Positions 1 to 9,095 of a DNA stretch of 51,652 nucleotides are shown here, in pieces. The stretch spans positions 1-51,652 of the forward strand of contig JBDGUI010000032.1 of the NCBI GenBank assembly GCA_042216015.1. Reading direction: 5' to 3'. Each line of letters opens with the position of its first letter. The stretch's first letter is position 1. Under the pieces are notes generated by a model. It searched no databases. It worked only from the letters and a program-made list of their open reading frames with translations, and was not told the origin of the DNA. A program made the position numbers and the translations under genes. The DNA comes from Halodesulfurarchaeum sp. Its GTDB lineage: Archaea; Halobacteriota; Halobacteria; Halobacteriales; Halobacteriaceae.

Positions 1-50
1 GAGTTCCGAGGGTCGGGCGCCCATGCTGAGTTCCGAGGGTCGGGCGCCCA
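1..50. repeat. Short tandem repeat, 27-bp period, 2 visible copies (may extend beyond the window start)
   Basis: gagttccgagggtcgggcgccca at 1-23 and 28-50. Confidence 0.85.
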
Positions 51-129
51 CGCCGAGTGGTGTACCACCCCCCTCAGAGGGCCGAGGCTGCCCGGTCGCA
101 GATGGAAAAACCGCAGGTGGTCGGCCGAT

Positions 130-600
<471 letters not shown>

Positions 601-921
601 TCACCGTTTCGTCCCTGGTCCCCCAACGAGGCTGTCGAGCGAGCCGACGCCATCGTCGAATCGAACACACAATCGCCGGAGGACGTGAGGATTCGTTCGC
701 TGCTGCCGAAAACATGGCACCTGGCATCTCGGCCTCGGTGTTTTTATCTACCACCGCGAGCGGGCCGCTACGGTCGAAATCTCCAGTTGAAACGAAGGGG
801 TGTTCGTCCGACGGCGGGCGATTCGACCGCTCGGCAGTTGGTTTCGTTGATCGTGCCACCGTCATCACGAAGAACGCCCCAGAGACAACGGTTTTGGCCG
901 TCGTCGCTCGTAGGGGTCCCA

Positions 922-2490
922 ATGGACGCGCCTGGTCGGCTTCGAGTGACCCGACTCTCGGAGCCGGCACTCGCCGTGCTCGTCTCCGGCATCGCGAGCA
1001 TGGGCCTCGAGATTCTCGCGGGCCGGATGATCGCCCCGGAGTTCGGCAGTTCGATCTACACCTGGGGCAGCATCATCGGGGTCTTTCTCGCCGCACTGAG
1101 TCTCGGGTACGTCAGAGGTGGGAGACGGGCAGCCCGGCACGCCCGGGTCTCATCGCTTCAGACATTGCTCCTGTGGACGACCGTCTACGTGGCCTTTCTC
1201 CTCTTTGCCGGTGAGTTCCTGATTCGTCAGAGTGGGACGTTGCCCATCCCGGCGCGGTACAATTCGCTGGTGCCGGTCACGGTGCTCTTCGGGCCGCCGA
1301 CCTACCTCCTCGGGTTCATCAGTCCCTACGCCGCCGAACTCTCGGGTGCAGAGAGCACCGGGGAGGCTTCCGGCCGGGTCTACGCGCTTGGAACCATCGG
1401 CAGCATCGTGGGGGCCTTCGGGACGACCTACGTGCTGATTCCCTCCCTCTCCATCGAATGGATCGGCCTGTTCTTCGGGGGAATCCTCCTGCTCACGGCA
1501 GCCCGGCTCTCCTGGCCCGCCCCCTCCCACCGGAACGTCCTCCGCCTCGCCGTCGTGGCCCTGCTCCTTGTGGGTGCAGTCCTCGCTCCACAGTTCGGTG
1601 TCGCCCTGTCCGGGGAGACGGTCTATGAGACCCAGTCGGCCTACCAGAACCTCCGGGTCGCAGACCAGGACGGCGTCCGGACCCTCTATCTCGACGGCGT
1701 CTCCCACAGCGCGATGGATCTCTCGGATCTCGACCGGCACGTCTTCACGTACACGCGGTACTTCCATCTCCCCTTCCTCTACACCGAGGACGTCGGGAAT
1801 GTCCTCTTCATCGGCGGGGGCGGATTCACCGGACCGAAGATATTCACGGATCGCTACGACGTCAGCGTCGACGTCGTGGAGATCGATCCCGAGGTGGTCC
1901 GTGTCGCCCGCGAGTACTTCGGCCTCGAAACCGGCCCGAACCTCTCGGTCCACACGACGGACGGGCGGGCCTACCTCCGGGAGACCGAGACGACGTACGA
2001 CGTGATCGTTCTCGACGCCTACCGCCGGGACACGGTCCCATTCCATCTGACGACGACGGAGTTCTTCGCCCTGGCCCGCGCCCGTCTCGACGCGGACGGC
2101 GTGTTGCTCGCGAACGTCATCTCGGCCCCGAGCGGCCCCGGGTCGGCCTTCTTCCGGGCTGAGTACCGGACGATGCAGACGAGTTTCGCCTCGGTCTCGG
2201 CCTTCCGGACCACGGAGCCGGGCGTGGTCCAGAACGTCGAACTGATCGCCACCAGCCAGTCTACCCCCTCGACGGCCGAACTCCGGGAGCGTGCGGCCAA
2301 TCGAGCGGTCGGGTACCGACTCGAGGACGCCCTCGATCGCCGGATCGAATCGGTCCGGACCGGCGACGTGCCCGTCCTCCGGGACGACGACGCCCCCGTC
2401 GATTCGCTGCTCGATCCGATGGTCGGGCAGCGCTACGTGGTCGAATCCGGCTCGGATGGCGCCCCGACCAACCGCTCGGCCGACGCCTGA
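922..2490 (+). CDS. Membrane domain fused to a spermidine synthase-like SAM-dependent transferase
   Basis: N-terminal TM helices (LEILAGRMIAPEFGSSIYTWGSIIG), then VLFIGGGGFT, VEIDPEVV, DGR, DVIVLDAY motifs. Confidence 0.85.
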   Translation: MDAPGRLRVTRLSEPALAVLVSGIASMGLEILAGRMIAPEFGSSIYTWGSIIGVFLAALSLGYVRGGRRAARHARVSSLQTLLLWTTVYVAFLLFAGEFLIRQSGTLPIPARYNSLVPVTVLFGPPTYLLGFISPYAAELSGAESTGEASGRVYALGTIGSIVGAFGTTYVLIPSLSIEWIGLFFGGILLLTAARLSWPAPSHRNVLRLAVVALLLVGAVLAPQFGVALSGETVYETQSAYQNLRVADQDGVRTLYLDGVSHSAMDLSDLDRHVFTYTRYFHLPFLYTEDVGNVLFIGGGGFTGPKIFTDRYDVSVDVVEIDPEVVRVAREYFGLETGPNLSVHTTDGRAYLRETETTYDVIVLDAYRRDTVPFHLTTTEFFALARARLDADGVLLANVISAPSGPGSAFFRAEYRTMQTSFASVSAFRTTEPGVVQNVELIATSQSTPSTAELRERAANRAVGYRLEDALDRRIESVRTGDVPVLRDDDAPVDSLLDPMVGQRYVVESGSDGAPTNRSADA

Positions 2491-2639
2491 CTCGAGGCGG
2501 AACCGTGCTCGAGCTATCGGCGTTCGAACTGGGGAGTCGGATCCGGTACTCGAACTGGACTGAACGAGGGGAGGGGACAGCGTTGTCCGATCGGGGCCAT
2601 CGGCGAGGATTTTTATTCTCACCCATCTACCGATGTGCC

Positions 2640-3914
2640 ATGGACTCGCGCATATCCGGGTTTTACAAGCTCCCGGTCACAGAGCGGCGGGAGCGGATCG
2701 CGGAACTCGCCGATCTCTCAGAAGAGGCAGTCGAGGCGATCGGCGGAACCGGCCTGACGGAGGACCTCGCTGACACCGTCAGCGAGAACGTCATTGGCAC
2801 CCTCGAGTATCCGATCTCGGTGGCGACGAACTTCCAGATAGACGGCGAGGATCGCCTGATTCCGATGGCCATCGAGGAGACGAGCGTCGTGGCCGCGGCC
2901 TCCTATGCCGCACGAATGGCCCGTGCTGGTGGGGGGTTCGAGACCGAGGTCGACGCCCCGCGGATGATCGCCCAGATCCAGGCCGTCGACGTCACCGACC
3001 CGCAGGCCGCCCGCATGCGGATTCTACAGGACAAGGAGCGCCTGATGGAGCTGGCCGACGAGCAGGACCCGACCCTCGTGAAGTTCGGTGGCGGGGCCGA
3101 GGACCTCGCGGTCCGCGTGATCGACACCCCGACCGGCCAGATGGTCGTCACTCACCTCATTGTCAACGTCCAGGATGCCATGGGCGGGAACGCCGTCAAC
3201 ACGATGGCCGAGGCCCTGGCCCCAGAAATCGAGGACCTCGCGGGCGGCGACGTCGAGATGCGCATCCTCTCGAACCTTGCCGACCGCCGTCTCGCACGGG
3301 CGACCTGTACGGTTCCTCCCGAGGAACTCGCCGACGAGGACAGCGAGTTCACGGGGGAAGAAGTCCGGGATCGGATCGTCGACGCCTGGGCGTTCGCCAT
3401 GGGCGATCCGTACCGTGCGGCGACCCACAACAAGGGCATCATGAACGGGATCGACGCGGTCACCACCGCCACGTTCAACGACTGGCGGGCGATGGAGGCC
3501 GGCGCCCACGTCTATGCGTCCCGGGGCGGCTACGACTCGCTCACGAGCTACGAGGTCGACGCCGAGGGCAACCTCGCCTGCACCATCGAACTCCCGGTCC
3601 AGATCGGGACCGTGGGCGGCGCGACGGGCCTCCAGCCGGTGGCTCAGGCCGCAATGGAGATCCTCGACGTGGACTCCGCCCCGGAGATGGCCGGCGTGCT
3701 CGCCTCCGTCGGGCTCGCCCAGAATCTCGCCGCCCTCCGCGCGCTCGTGAGCGAGGGAATCCAGCGGGGACACATGCGGCTGCACGCCCAGAACCTCGCG
3801 ATCCAGGCCGGGGCCGAGGGCGATCAGATCGACCGGGTCACAGAGCGGATGATCGAGGAGGATTCCATCGGTCAGGCCGAAGCCGAGGCGATCCTCGCGG
3901 AACTCGAGGAGTGA
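2640..3914 (+). CDS. mvaA: Hydroxymethylglutaryl-CoA reductase, class II (bacterial/degradative type)
   Basis: MDSRISGFYKL start; ENVIG, EETSVVAAAS, DAMGGNAVN, THNKGIMNGIDAV, GTVGGAT, EGIQRGHMRLHA motifs; TATA-like ttttta ~25 nt upstream. Confidence 0.92.
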   Translation: MDSRISGFYKLPVTERRERIAELADLSEEAVEAIGGTGLTEDLADTVSENVIGTLEYPISVATNFQIDGEDRLIPMAIEETSVVAAASYAARMARAGGGFETEVDAPRMIAQIQAVDVTDPQAARMRILQDKERLMELADEQDPTLVKFGGGAEDLAVRVIDTPTGQMVVTHLIVNVQDAMGGNAVNTMAEALAPEIEDLAGGDVEMRILSNLADRRLARATCTVPPEELADEDSEFTGEEVRDRIVDAWAFAMGDPYRAATHNKGIMNGIDAVTTATFNDWRAMEAGAHVYASRGGYDSLTSYEVDAEGNLACTIELPVQIGTVGGATGLQPVAQAAMEILDVDSAPEMAGVLASVGLAQNLAALRALVSEGIQRGHMRLHAQNLAIQAGAEGDQIDRVTERMIEEDSIGQAEAEAILAELEE

Positions 3915-4115
3915 GCCCTCGTCGGGACAGTATTTGAACAGGTTCACAATACCGTGCCGCAGTCATTTGTCAACCGTTCCCATGAAACGGTGACCGGATC
4001 ATCCAATACCCGTCCAGCAACGTCAAAGAACCCGGTTAACGCTCCCCCCTTTCGCTGCCGGTCCTGGTCCCAGCCCAACACATATTAATAGCTGGGACAG
4101 TAGTGTTGAATCAAG

Positions 4116-4757
4116 ATGGCAATACTCTCCGACGAGAACCGCGACGACGTCAGGGACGTGTTCGACGAGATGGACGAGCCGATCACCGCGTACGTCTTCG
4201 TCGACGACGACTGTGAGTACTGCGAGGAGACCGTCGAACTGAACGAGGAACTCGCCGATCTCACCGACCTGTACACCGTCGAGGTCCACGACATGGACAG
4301 CGAGGAAGCCGAGGAGTGGGACGCCACGAAGTACGACAGCGCGCCGGTCACCGTCCTGACCGACGGCGAGATTCGGGGCGTTCGGTACTACGGGATCCCC
4401 TCCGGCCAGGAGTTCGGGGCGTACGTCCGGGACATCGTGGCCGTCTCCACGGGCGAGAGTGGCCTCGACGAGAACATCAAGGCCGAACTGGCCGAGATCG
4501 ACGAGCCGGTCAACATCACGGTCTTCGTGACCCTGACCTGCCCGCACTGTCCCCAGGCCGTCGAGACCGCCCACAAGTTCGCGATCGAGAACCCGAACAT
4601 CACGAGCGAGATGGTCGAGTCCCAGGAGTTCATGGAACTGGCCCAGCAGTTCGGGGTCCGCGGCGTGCCACAGGTCAACATCAACGACGAGGCCGGCCAG
4701 TTCACCGGCGCTCAGCCGCCCCAGCAGTTCCTCGAGCAGGTCAAGGCCGCGCTGTAG
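4116..4757 (+). CDS. Protein disulfide oxidoreductase (PDO; two thioredoxin folds)
   Basis: CEYC and CPHC motifs; YYGIPSGQEF, GVRGVP, FTGAQP. Confidence 0.88.
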   Translation: MAILSDENRDDVRDVFDEMDEPITAYVFVDDDCEYCEETVELNEELADLTDLYTVEVHDMDSEEAEEWDATKYDSAPVTVLTDGEIRGVRYYGIPSGQEFGAYVRDIVAVSTGESGLDENIKAELAEIDEPVNITVFVTLTCPHCPQAVETAHKFAIENPNITSEMVESQEFMELAQQFGVRGVPQVNINDEAGQFTGAQPPQQFLEQVKAAL

Positions 4758-5018
4758 TTTCGATCGATCGCTCCATTTTCCGTCGACCGAGCGTCAGACG
4801 CCCGTCTGACAGACGCGGGCGCCGTTTCAGGTGGAACGACCCGCCCATCGGCCGGACGCCCCCATTTTCGTCCCGAAGGGGGGACCTCCTCCCCTTATAA
4901 ATACGGTCACAAAACCGCTAGAGGGAGGCGCCGCAAAACCCCTGTATTTCGACTGGAAACTCCACTTGGCACGTCCGCGCGGACCGAATCCCGCTTTGGT
5001 GCCCTCGTTTCGACTGGA

Positions 5019-5552
5019 TCACTTCTCGATGTCGAGAAGCGCGACCCGCTCGCGAACGAGGTCCACGAGGTCTCCGCCCGTGGTCTGTCGCTCCGCAGCC
5101 GTAATGTCGAAGTATTCACAGATCAGGTCCTCGTCCGGTTCGACCGGCCCCGGCTCGAGCAGTTCCCGCACGGCGGCTGCGGCGTCGGCCTCCCGATCCC
5201 CGTCGACGAGGACGATCACCGGCTGGGTGCCGGTCCCGAGTCCGAGTTCCATCGCCCGATCGATCTGACGCCGGCCGGCCGCGTAGAGTAACACCTCCAC
5301 TGCGAGGTCGTCGGCGACGTTCTCGCCCCGCTCCATCGATCGTCTCGCGTGATCGAGGGCCGCCCGGAGGTGGGCCTCGCCAGCGATATAGCGGGCGTCG
5401 AAGGCCTGGAGCAGCACGTCGTGCTGCAGGTCGATCGAGTGAAGGGCCTCGAGGAAGGCCTCGAGGGAGTCATAGCGTCCACTCGGCCCGTTTTCCGGCT
5501 TGCTCTCCGTCCCGTCCGCTCCGATTCGGACCCGCCCGGTGACGGTCCTCAC
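5019..5552 (-). CDS. cgi121: KEOPS complex subunit Cgi121
   Basis: [43 protein letters not shown] overlap with the helicase stop. Confidence 0.88.
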   Translation of the reverse strand: MRTVTGRVRIGADGTESKPENGPSGRYDSLEAFLEALHSIDLQHDVLLQAFDARYIAGEAHLRAALDHARRSMERGENVADDLAVEVLLYAAGRRQIDRAMELGLGTGTQPVIVLVDGDREADAAAAVRELLEPGPVEPDEDLICEYFDITAAERQTTGGDLVDLVRERVALLDIEK

Positions 5553-7831
5553 TCGAACTCACCCAGGTTGGCCTGGGCGCCGCTCGATCGGGAACCAGGA
5601 CCGTCATTCCCGGAGTCGGCTGTCGATCCGTCGCCGTTCGCGATCTCTCGGGCTTCCCCGTCGCCGGCGTCGACGTCATCGAGATCGGGATTCGGATGGC
5701 CGGCGCTCGCGAGCACCTTCTCGGCGGTCTTCTTCCGCCCCTTCAGGGCGGCCAACACGCGGTCCTTCTCGGCGGTGCGAAGGTCCTCCCGCGTCTCGAA
5801 GCCCGCGTCGTACAGCCGTCGAGCGCGCTTTCGCCCCACGTGACGGACCCCGACCAGGTCGAGGAGGTCCTCGCGGATGCCGTGTTCGACCCGGATCCGT
5901 GCCTCACGGATCGTCGTCGCCGAACCCATCGAGAGCTCTCCAGCGAGTCGCTCGGCCGCCTGCAGCAGCCACTCGGCGGTCTCGACCTTTCCGCGGATGT
6001 CCCCCGGCCCGACGCCGTAGCGCTCGGTGATCCGATCCTCGTCGAGTTCCTCGGCCCAGTCCTCGAGGAGTTTCGCCGTCTTCAGCGCCGAGAGCCAGTC
6101 CTCGAACTCGCTCTCGGAAAATTCGGAGGGGGTCTTCCCCAGCAGTTCCCCCTCGCGCTCGTAGGCGATCTCGGTGTACGTCGAGGCGTCGCCGGATTTC
6201 AGATAGAGCTCGTACATGTCCGGCGTGCGACTCACGAGGTGATAGAGCCCGAGCGGCGAGGGATCCCCGGATCCGGCCTCCAGCCCGTCGATGATGATCG
6301 CCGCGGACATGGGATCGAGGTAGAGCTGGGAGACGAGGTGGCCCGCCGGCGTCGCGGAGAGGTCTCCCCCCTCCCGGCGGAGGAAGTCGTTTGTCACGAG
6401 GTACTCGAGGACGGCCTCGGTCACGGCCTCGAGCCGCGAGGGATCGTCGGTCTGGGAGGCATAGAGGGTCTCACCGAGGAACTCGATAAGCCCGTCGTGA
6501 GTGTGGACGAAGCCGGTGGCGACCGTGGAGAGGACGTGGGAGCGAAGCGCGGGCTCGGCGGCCAGCTTCGAGCGGACCGGCTCCGGCTCCCCGTAGATGT
6601 AGCGGTCGAAGAGCTCCTCGAGCTCGTCGTGGGTGTTCGCGAGCAGGACGGCCTCGCCGTGTGGATCCCGGCCCGGCCGCCCGGCCCGGCCGAACATCTG
6701 GTGGACCTCGAGGACCGAGAGGGGGGCCATCCCGCCCGTCGAGCCGTCATAGCGCCGCCAGTCCCGGACGATCACTCGCCGGCTGGGCGTGTTCACCCCC
6801 GCCGCGAGGGTCGGCGTCGCCGCGACGGCCCGGATCAGCCGGTCCCTGAAGGCGTCCTCGACGATGCTGCGATGTCCCCTGGCGAGCCCGGCGTGGTGAA
6901 AGGCGGCCCCCTTCTCCACGGCCGTCGCGAGGTCCTCGCTCGTCTCCGTGTCGCTCACCGACCGGATCTCCCCGGCGAGGGCCTGGAGTCGTTCCCGGTC
7001 TGCGGCCTCGAGGTCCTGTTCGGTCACGGTGGTCAGCCGTCGGGCGGCGGCCTCGGCGTTTCGCCGGGAGTTGACGAAGACCAGCGCCGACCCGCCCTCC
7101 TCGATCGTGTCGTTCACGAGGGCCTCCGTCTGCTCGTTCGAGCCGGTGGGGAGTTCGCGTGTCGTGCCGTCGTCGAGGTGGAGGGCGTCGCCGTAGTGGA
7201 CCCCGGTCCGGAGTTCGATCGGGCGCCACTCCGAATCGACCAGTTCCGCGTCGAGCCAGTCGGCGATCTCCTCGGCGTTGCCGATGGTCGCCGAGAGGGC
7301 GATCACCTGGAGGGCGGCCACGCGGGACCGGAGCTTTGCGAGGGTGACCTCGAGGGTCGGCCCGCGGCTCCGGTCGTCCACGAGGTGGACCTCGTCGGCG
7401 ACGACGGTCGCGAGGTCCTCGATCCACTCCGCCCCGTTCCGGATGAGCGAGTCGACCTTCTCGGAGGTCGCGACGACGACGTCGCTGTTCCCGAGCCAGT
7501 CCCCATCGCTCTCGTAGTTGCCCGTCGAGACCGCGACATCGAGGCCGAACCGTTCGAGTTCCTCGAACTCGGCGGCCTTCTCGCTCGCCAGGGCCCGGAG
7601 CGGGACGATGTAAAGCGCCATTCCGTCCCCGTCCCCGATGGCCGAGAGCATCCCGAGCTCGGCGACCAGGGTCTTTCCGCTCGCGGTCGGCACGCTGGCA
7701 ACCACGCTCTCGCCCTCCAGCACGCCGGCCTCGACGGCGGCGGCCTGGGGCGGGTAGAGTTCCTCGATCCCCTCGCCGGCGAAGTACTCGGCCACCCCGT
7801 CGGGCAGTCCCGACAGGTCCCTGAGCTGCAT
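5549..7831 (-). CDS. hel308: Hel308/Ski2-like ATP-dependent DNA helicase
   Basis: [40 protein letters not shown]-terminal HhH. Confidence 0.93.
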   Translation of the reverse strand: MQLRDLSGLPDGVAEYFAGEGIEELYPPQAAAVEAGVLEGESVVASVPTASGKTLVAELGMLSAIGDGDGMALYIVPLRALASEKAAEFEELERFGLDVAVSTGNYESDGDWLGNSDVVVATSEKVDSLIRNGAEWIEDLATVVADEVHLVDDRSRGPTLEVTLAKLRSRVAALQVIALSATIGNAEEIADWLDAELVDSEWRPIELRTGVHYGDALHLDDGTTRELPTGSNEQTEALVNDTIEEGGSALVFVNSRRNAEAAARRLTTVTEQDLEAADRERLQALAGEIRSVSDTETSEDLATAVEKGAAFHHAGLARGHRSIVEDAFRDRLIRAVAATPTLAAGVNTPSRRVIVRDWRRYDGSTGGMAPLSVLEVHQMFGRAGRPGRDPHGEAVLLANTHDELEELFDRYIYGEPEPVRSKLAAEPALRSHVLSTVATGFVHTHDGLIEFLGETLYASQTDDPSRLEAVTEAVLEYLVTNDFLRREGGDLSATPAGHLVSQLYLDPMSAAIIIDGLEAGSGDPSPLGLYHLVSRTPDMYELYLKSGDASTYTEIAYEREGELLGKTPSEFSESEFEDWLSALKTAKLLEDWAEELDEDRITERYGVGPGDIRGKVETAEWLLQAAERLAGELSMGSATTIREARIRVEHGIREDLLDLVGVRHVGRKRARRLYDAGFETREDLRTAEKDRVLAALKGRKKTAEKVLASAGHPNPDLDDVDAGDGEAREIANGDGSTADSGNDGPGSRSSGAQANLGEFE

Positions 7832-7977
7832 CGCCCGACAGTTGTCCGTCACCGGATAAAAACTGCCGGGCTCGACGGTGGAGTGGAATCCGGCCCGCCC
7901 CATCGAAACGGGCACCTCGTCCGAACCCCACCCGACAGGCGCGTCACTTTAACCGATCCAGCCCGATTCACCGCGTA

Positions 7978-8658
7978 ATGGGAGAGAACTTCGATAAGGA
8001 GGCCGAACGGAAGCGCCTCCGGGAGAAGTACGAGGCGGACTCGGCCGACCGCGAGGTCACCGAGCGCATGAGCCAGCTCCTCCTCCAGGGCGCGACGATG
8101 ACGAACAAGCACTGTGACACCTGTGGCTCGCCGATCTTTCGCTACCAGGGCCAGGAGTTCTGTCCGACCTGCCAGACCGAGGCGGACGGGGCAGTCGCGG
8201 GGGCCGGGGCGGATACCGGAGAAGTGGAGGCCGGTGCGGGTGCCGGTAACGCGGAGGGCGGGATGGCCGCTGCCGGCGATGGCGACAGTAACCCACCGAC
8301 ACAGGCGGCCGAGGGCGAAAACTCGAATGGGGGGACAGCGTCCGATGCCCGGGACGGCACTGGGAAACAATCAGCCGACGAATCGCCCACCGCGAACGCG
8401 GGACACGAGTCGGTCGGAACGGCCTCGACCGGGACGGCCGAACTCGGGGGACAGCCAGAGCAGTCACGGGCCTCGGGCACCAGTGGGGGCACCCCGACCA
8501 CCGAGGCGGCCCCGGATGCGGTGACCCAGTCACTCGCCGAGACCATCGTCTCGCTGTCCGACCGCGCCAGGGAAAGCGAGGATCCCAACCGGGCGAAAAA
8601 GCTCCTGGAGGCCGCCCGCGAGGCCGCAGAGACCCTCTCGAGGCTCCAGGGGAACTGA
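7978..8658 (+). CDS. Sjogren/scleroderma autoantigen 1 (Auto_anti-p27)-like Zn-ribbon protein
   Basis: MSQLLLQGATMTNKHCDTCGSPIFRYQGQEFCPTC followed by a low-complexity linker and helical C-terminus. Confidence 0.8.
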   Translation: MGENFDKEAERKRLREKYEADSADREVTERMSQLLLQGATMTNKHCDTCGSPIFRYQGQEFCPTCQTEADGAVAGAGADTGEVEAGAGAGNAEGGMAAAGDGDSNPPTQAAEGENSNGGTASDARDGTGKQSADESPTANAGHESVGTASTGTAELGGQPEQSRASGTSGGTPTTEAAPDAVTQSLAETIVSLSDRARESEDPNRAKKLLEAAREAAETLSRLQGN

Positions 8659-8659
8659 C

Positions 8660-9064
8660 ATGCCCATCGAGAAGATCCTCGTCCCGATCGACGGGACGGA
8701 CGTGGGATTTCGGGCGCTCTCCTTCGCGACGGAACTGGCCGAGGCCTTCGACGCCAGCCTCGAGGTGATCCATCACACCACCGAGGATAGCGGGGACGTG
8801 ACCGCCGTCCTCGACCGGGCCGAGTTGATTCTCGAGAAGGCCGACGTCGAGACCTCTCTCGAGGTCGCCCCCGACCTCGACCTCGACTTCCGGCCGGCTG
8901 ATCGACTCGGGGAGGACGTCCTCGACCTGGTCGCCGAGCGGGGCTACGACCACGTCGTGATGGGCCACGAGGAGCCGCCGGGGCCGGTCGAGCGGGCGAT
9001 TCTCGGGAGCGCCGCCGAGACCGTCCTCCGGAGCGAGCGAGTCAGGCTCACGGTCGTGCCCTGA
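8660..9064 (+). CDS. Universal stress protein (UspA family)
   Basis: KILVPIDG...YDHVVMG...AILGSAAETVLR. Confidence 0.88.
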   Translation: MPIEKILVPIDGTDVGFRALSFATELAEAFDASLEVIHHTTEDSGDVTAVLDRAELILEKADVETSLEVAPDLDLDFRPADRLGEDVLDLVAERGYDHVVMGHEEPPGPVERAILGSAAETVLRSERVRLTVVP

Positions 9065-9095
9065 CCGGCTCGCCCGAGGTCTCCCTGCTCGGTTT

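Noticed and set aside
1..50. Possible CRISPR repeat at the window start
   Set aside because: Copies are separated by only 4 nt, with no spacers and no cas operon
3930..4115. SurR binding site upstream of PDO
   Set aside because: No GTT-N3-AAC match; spacings seen are different
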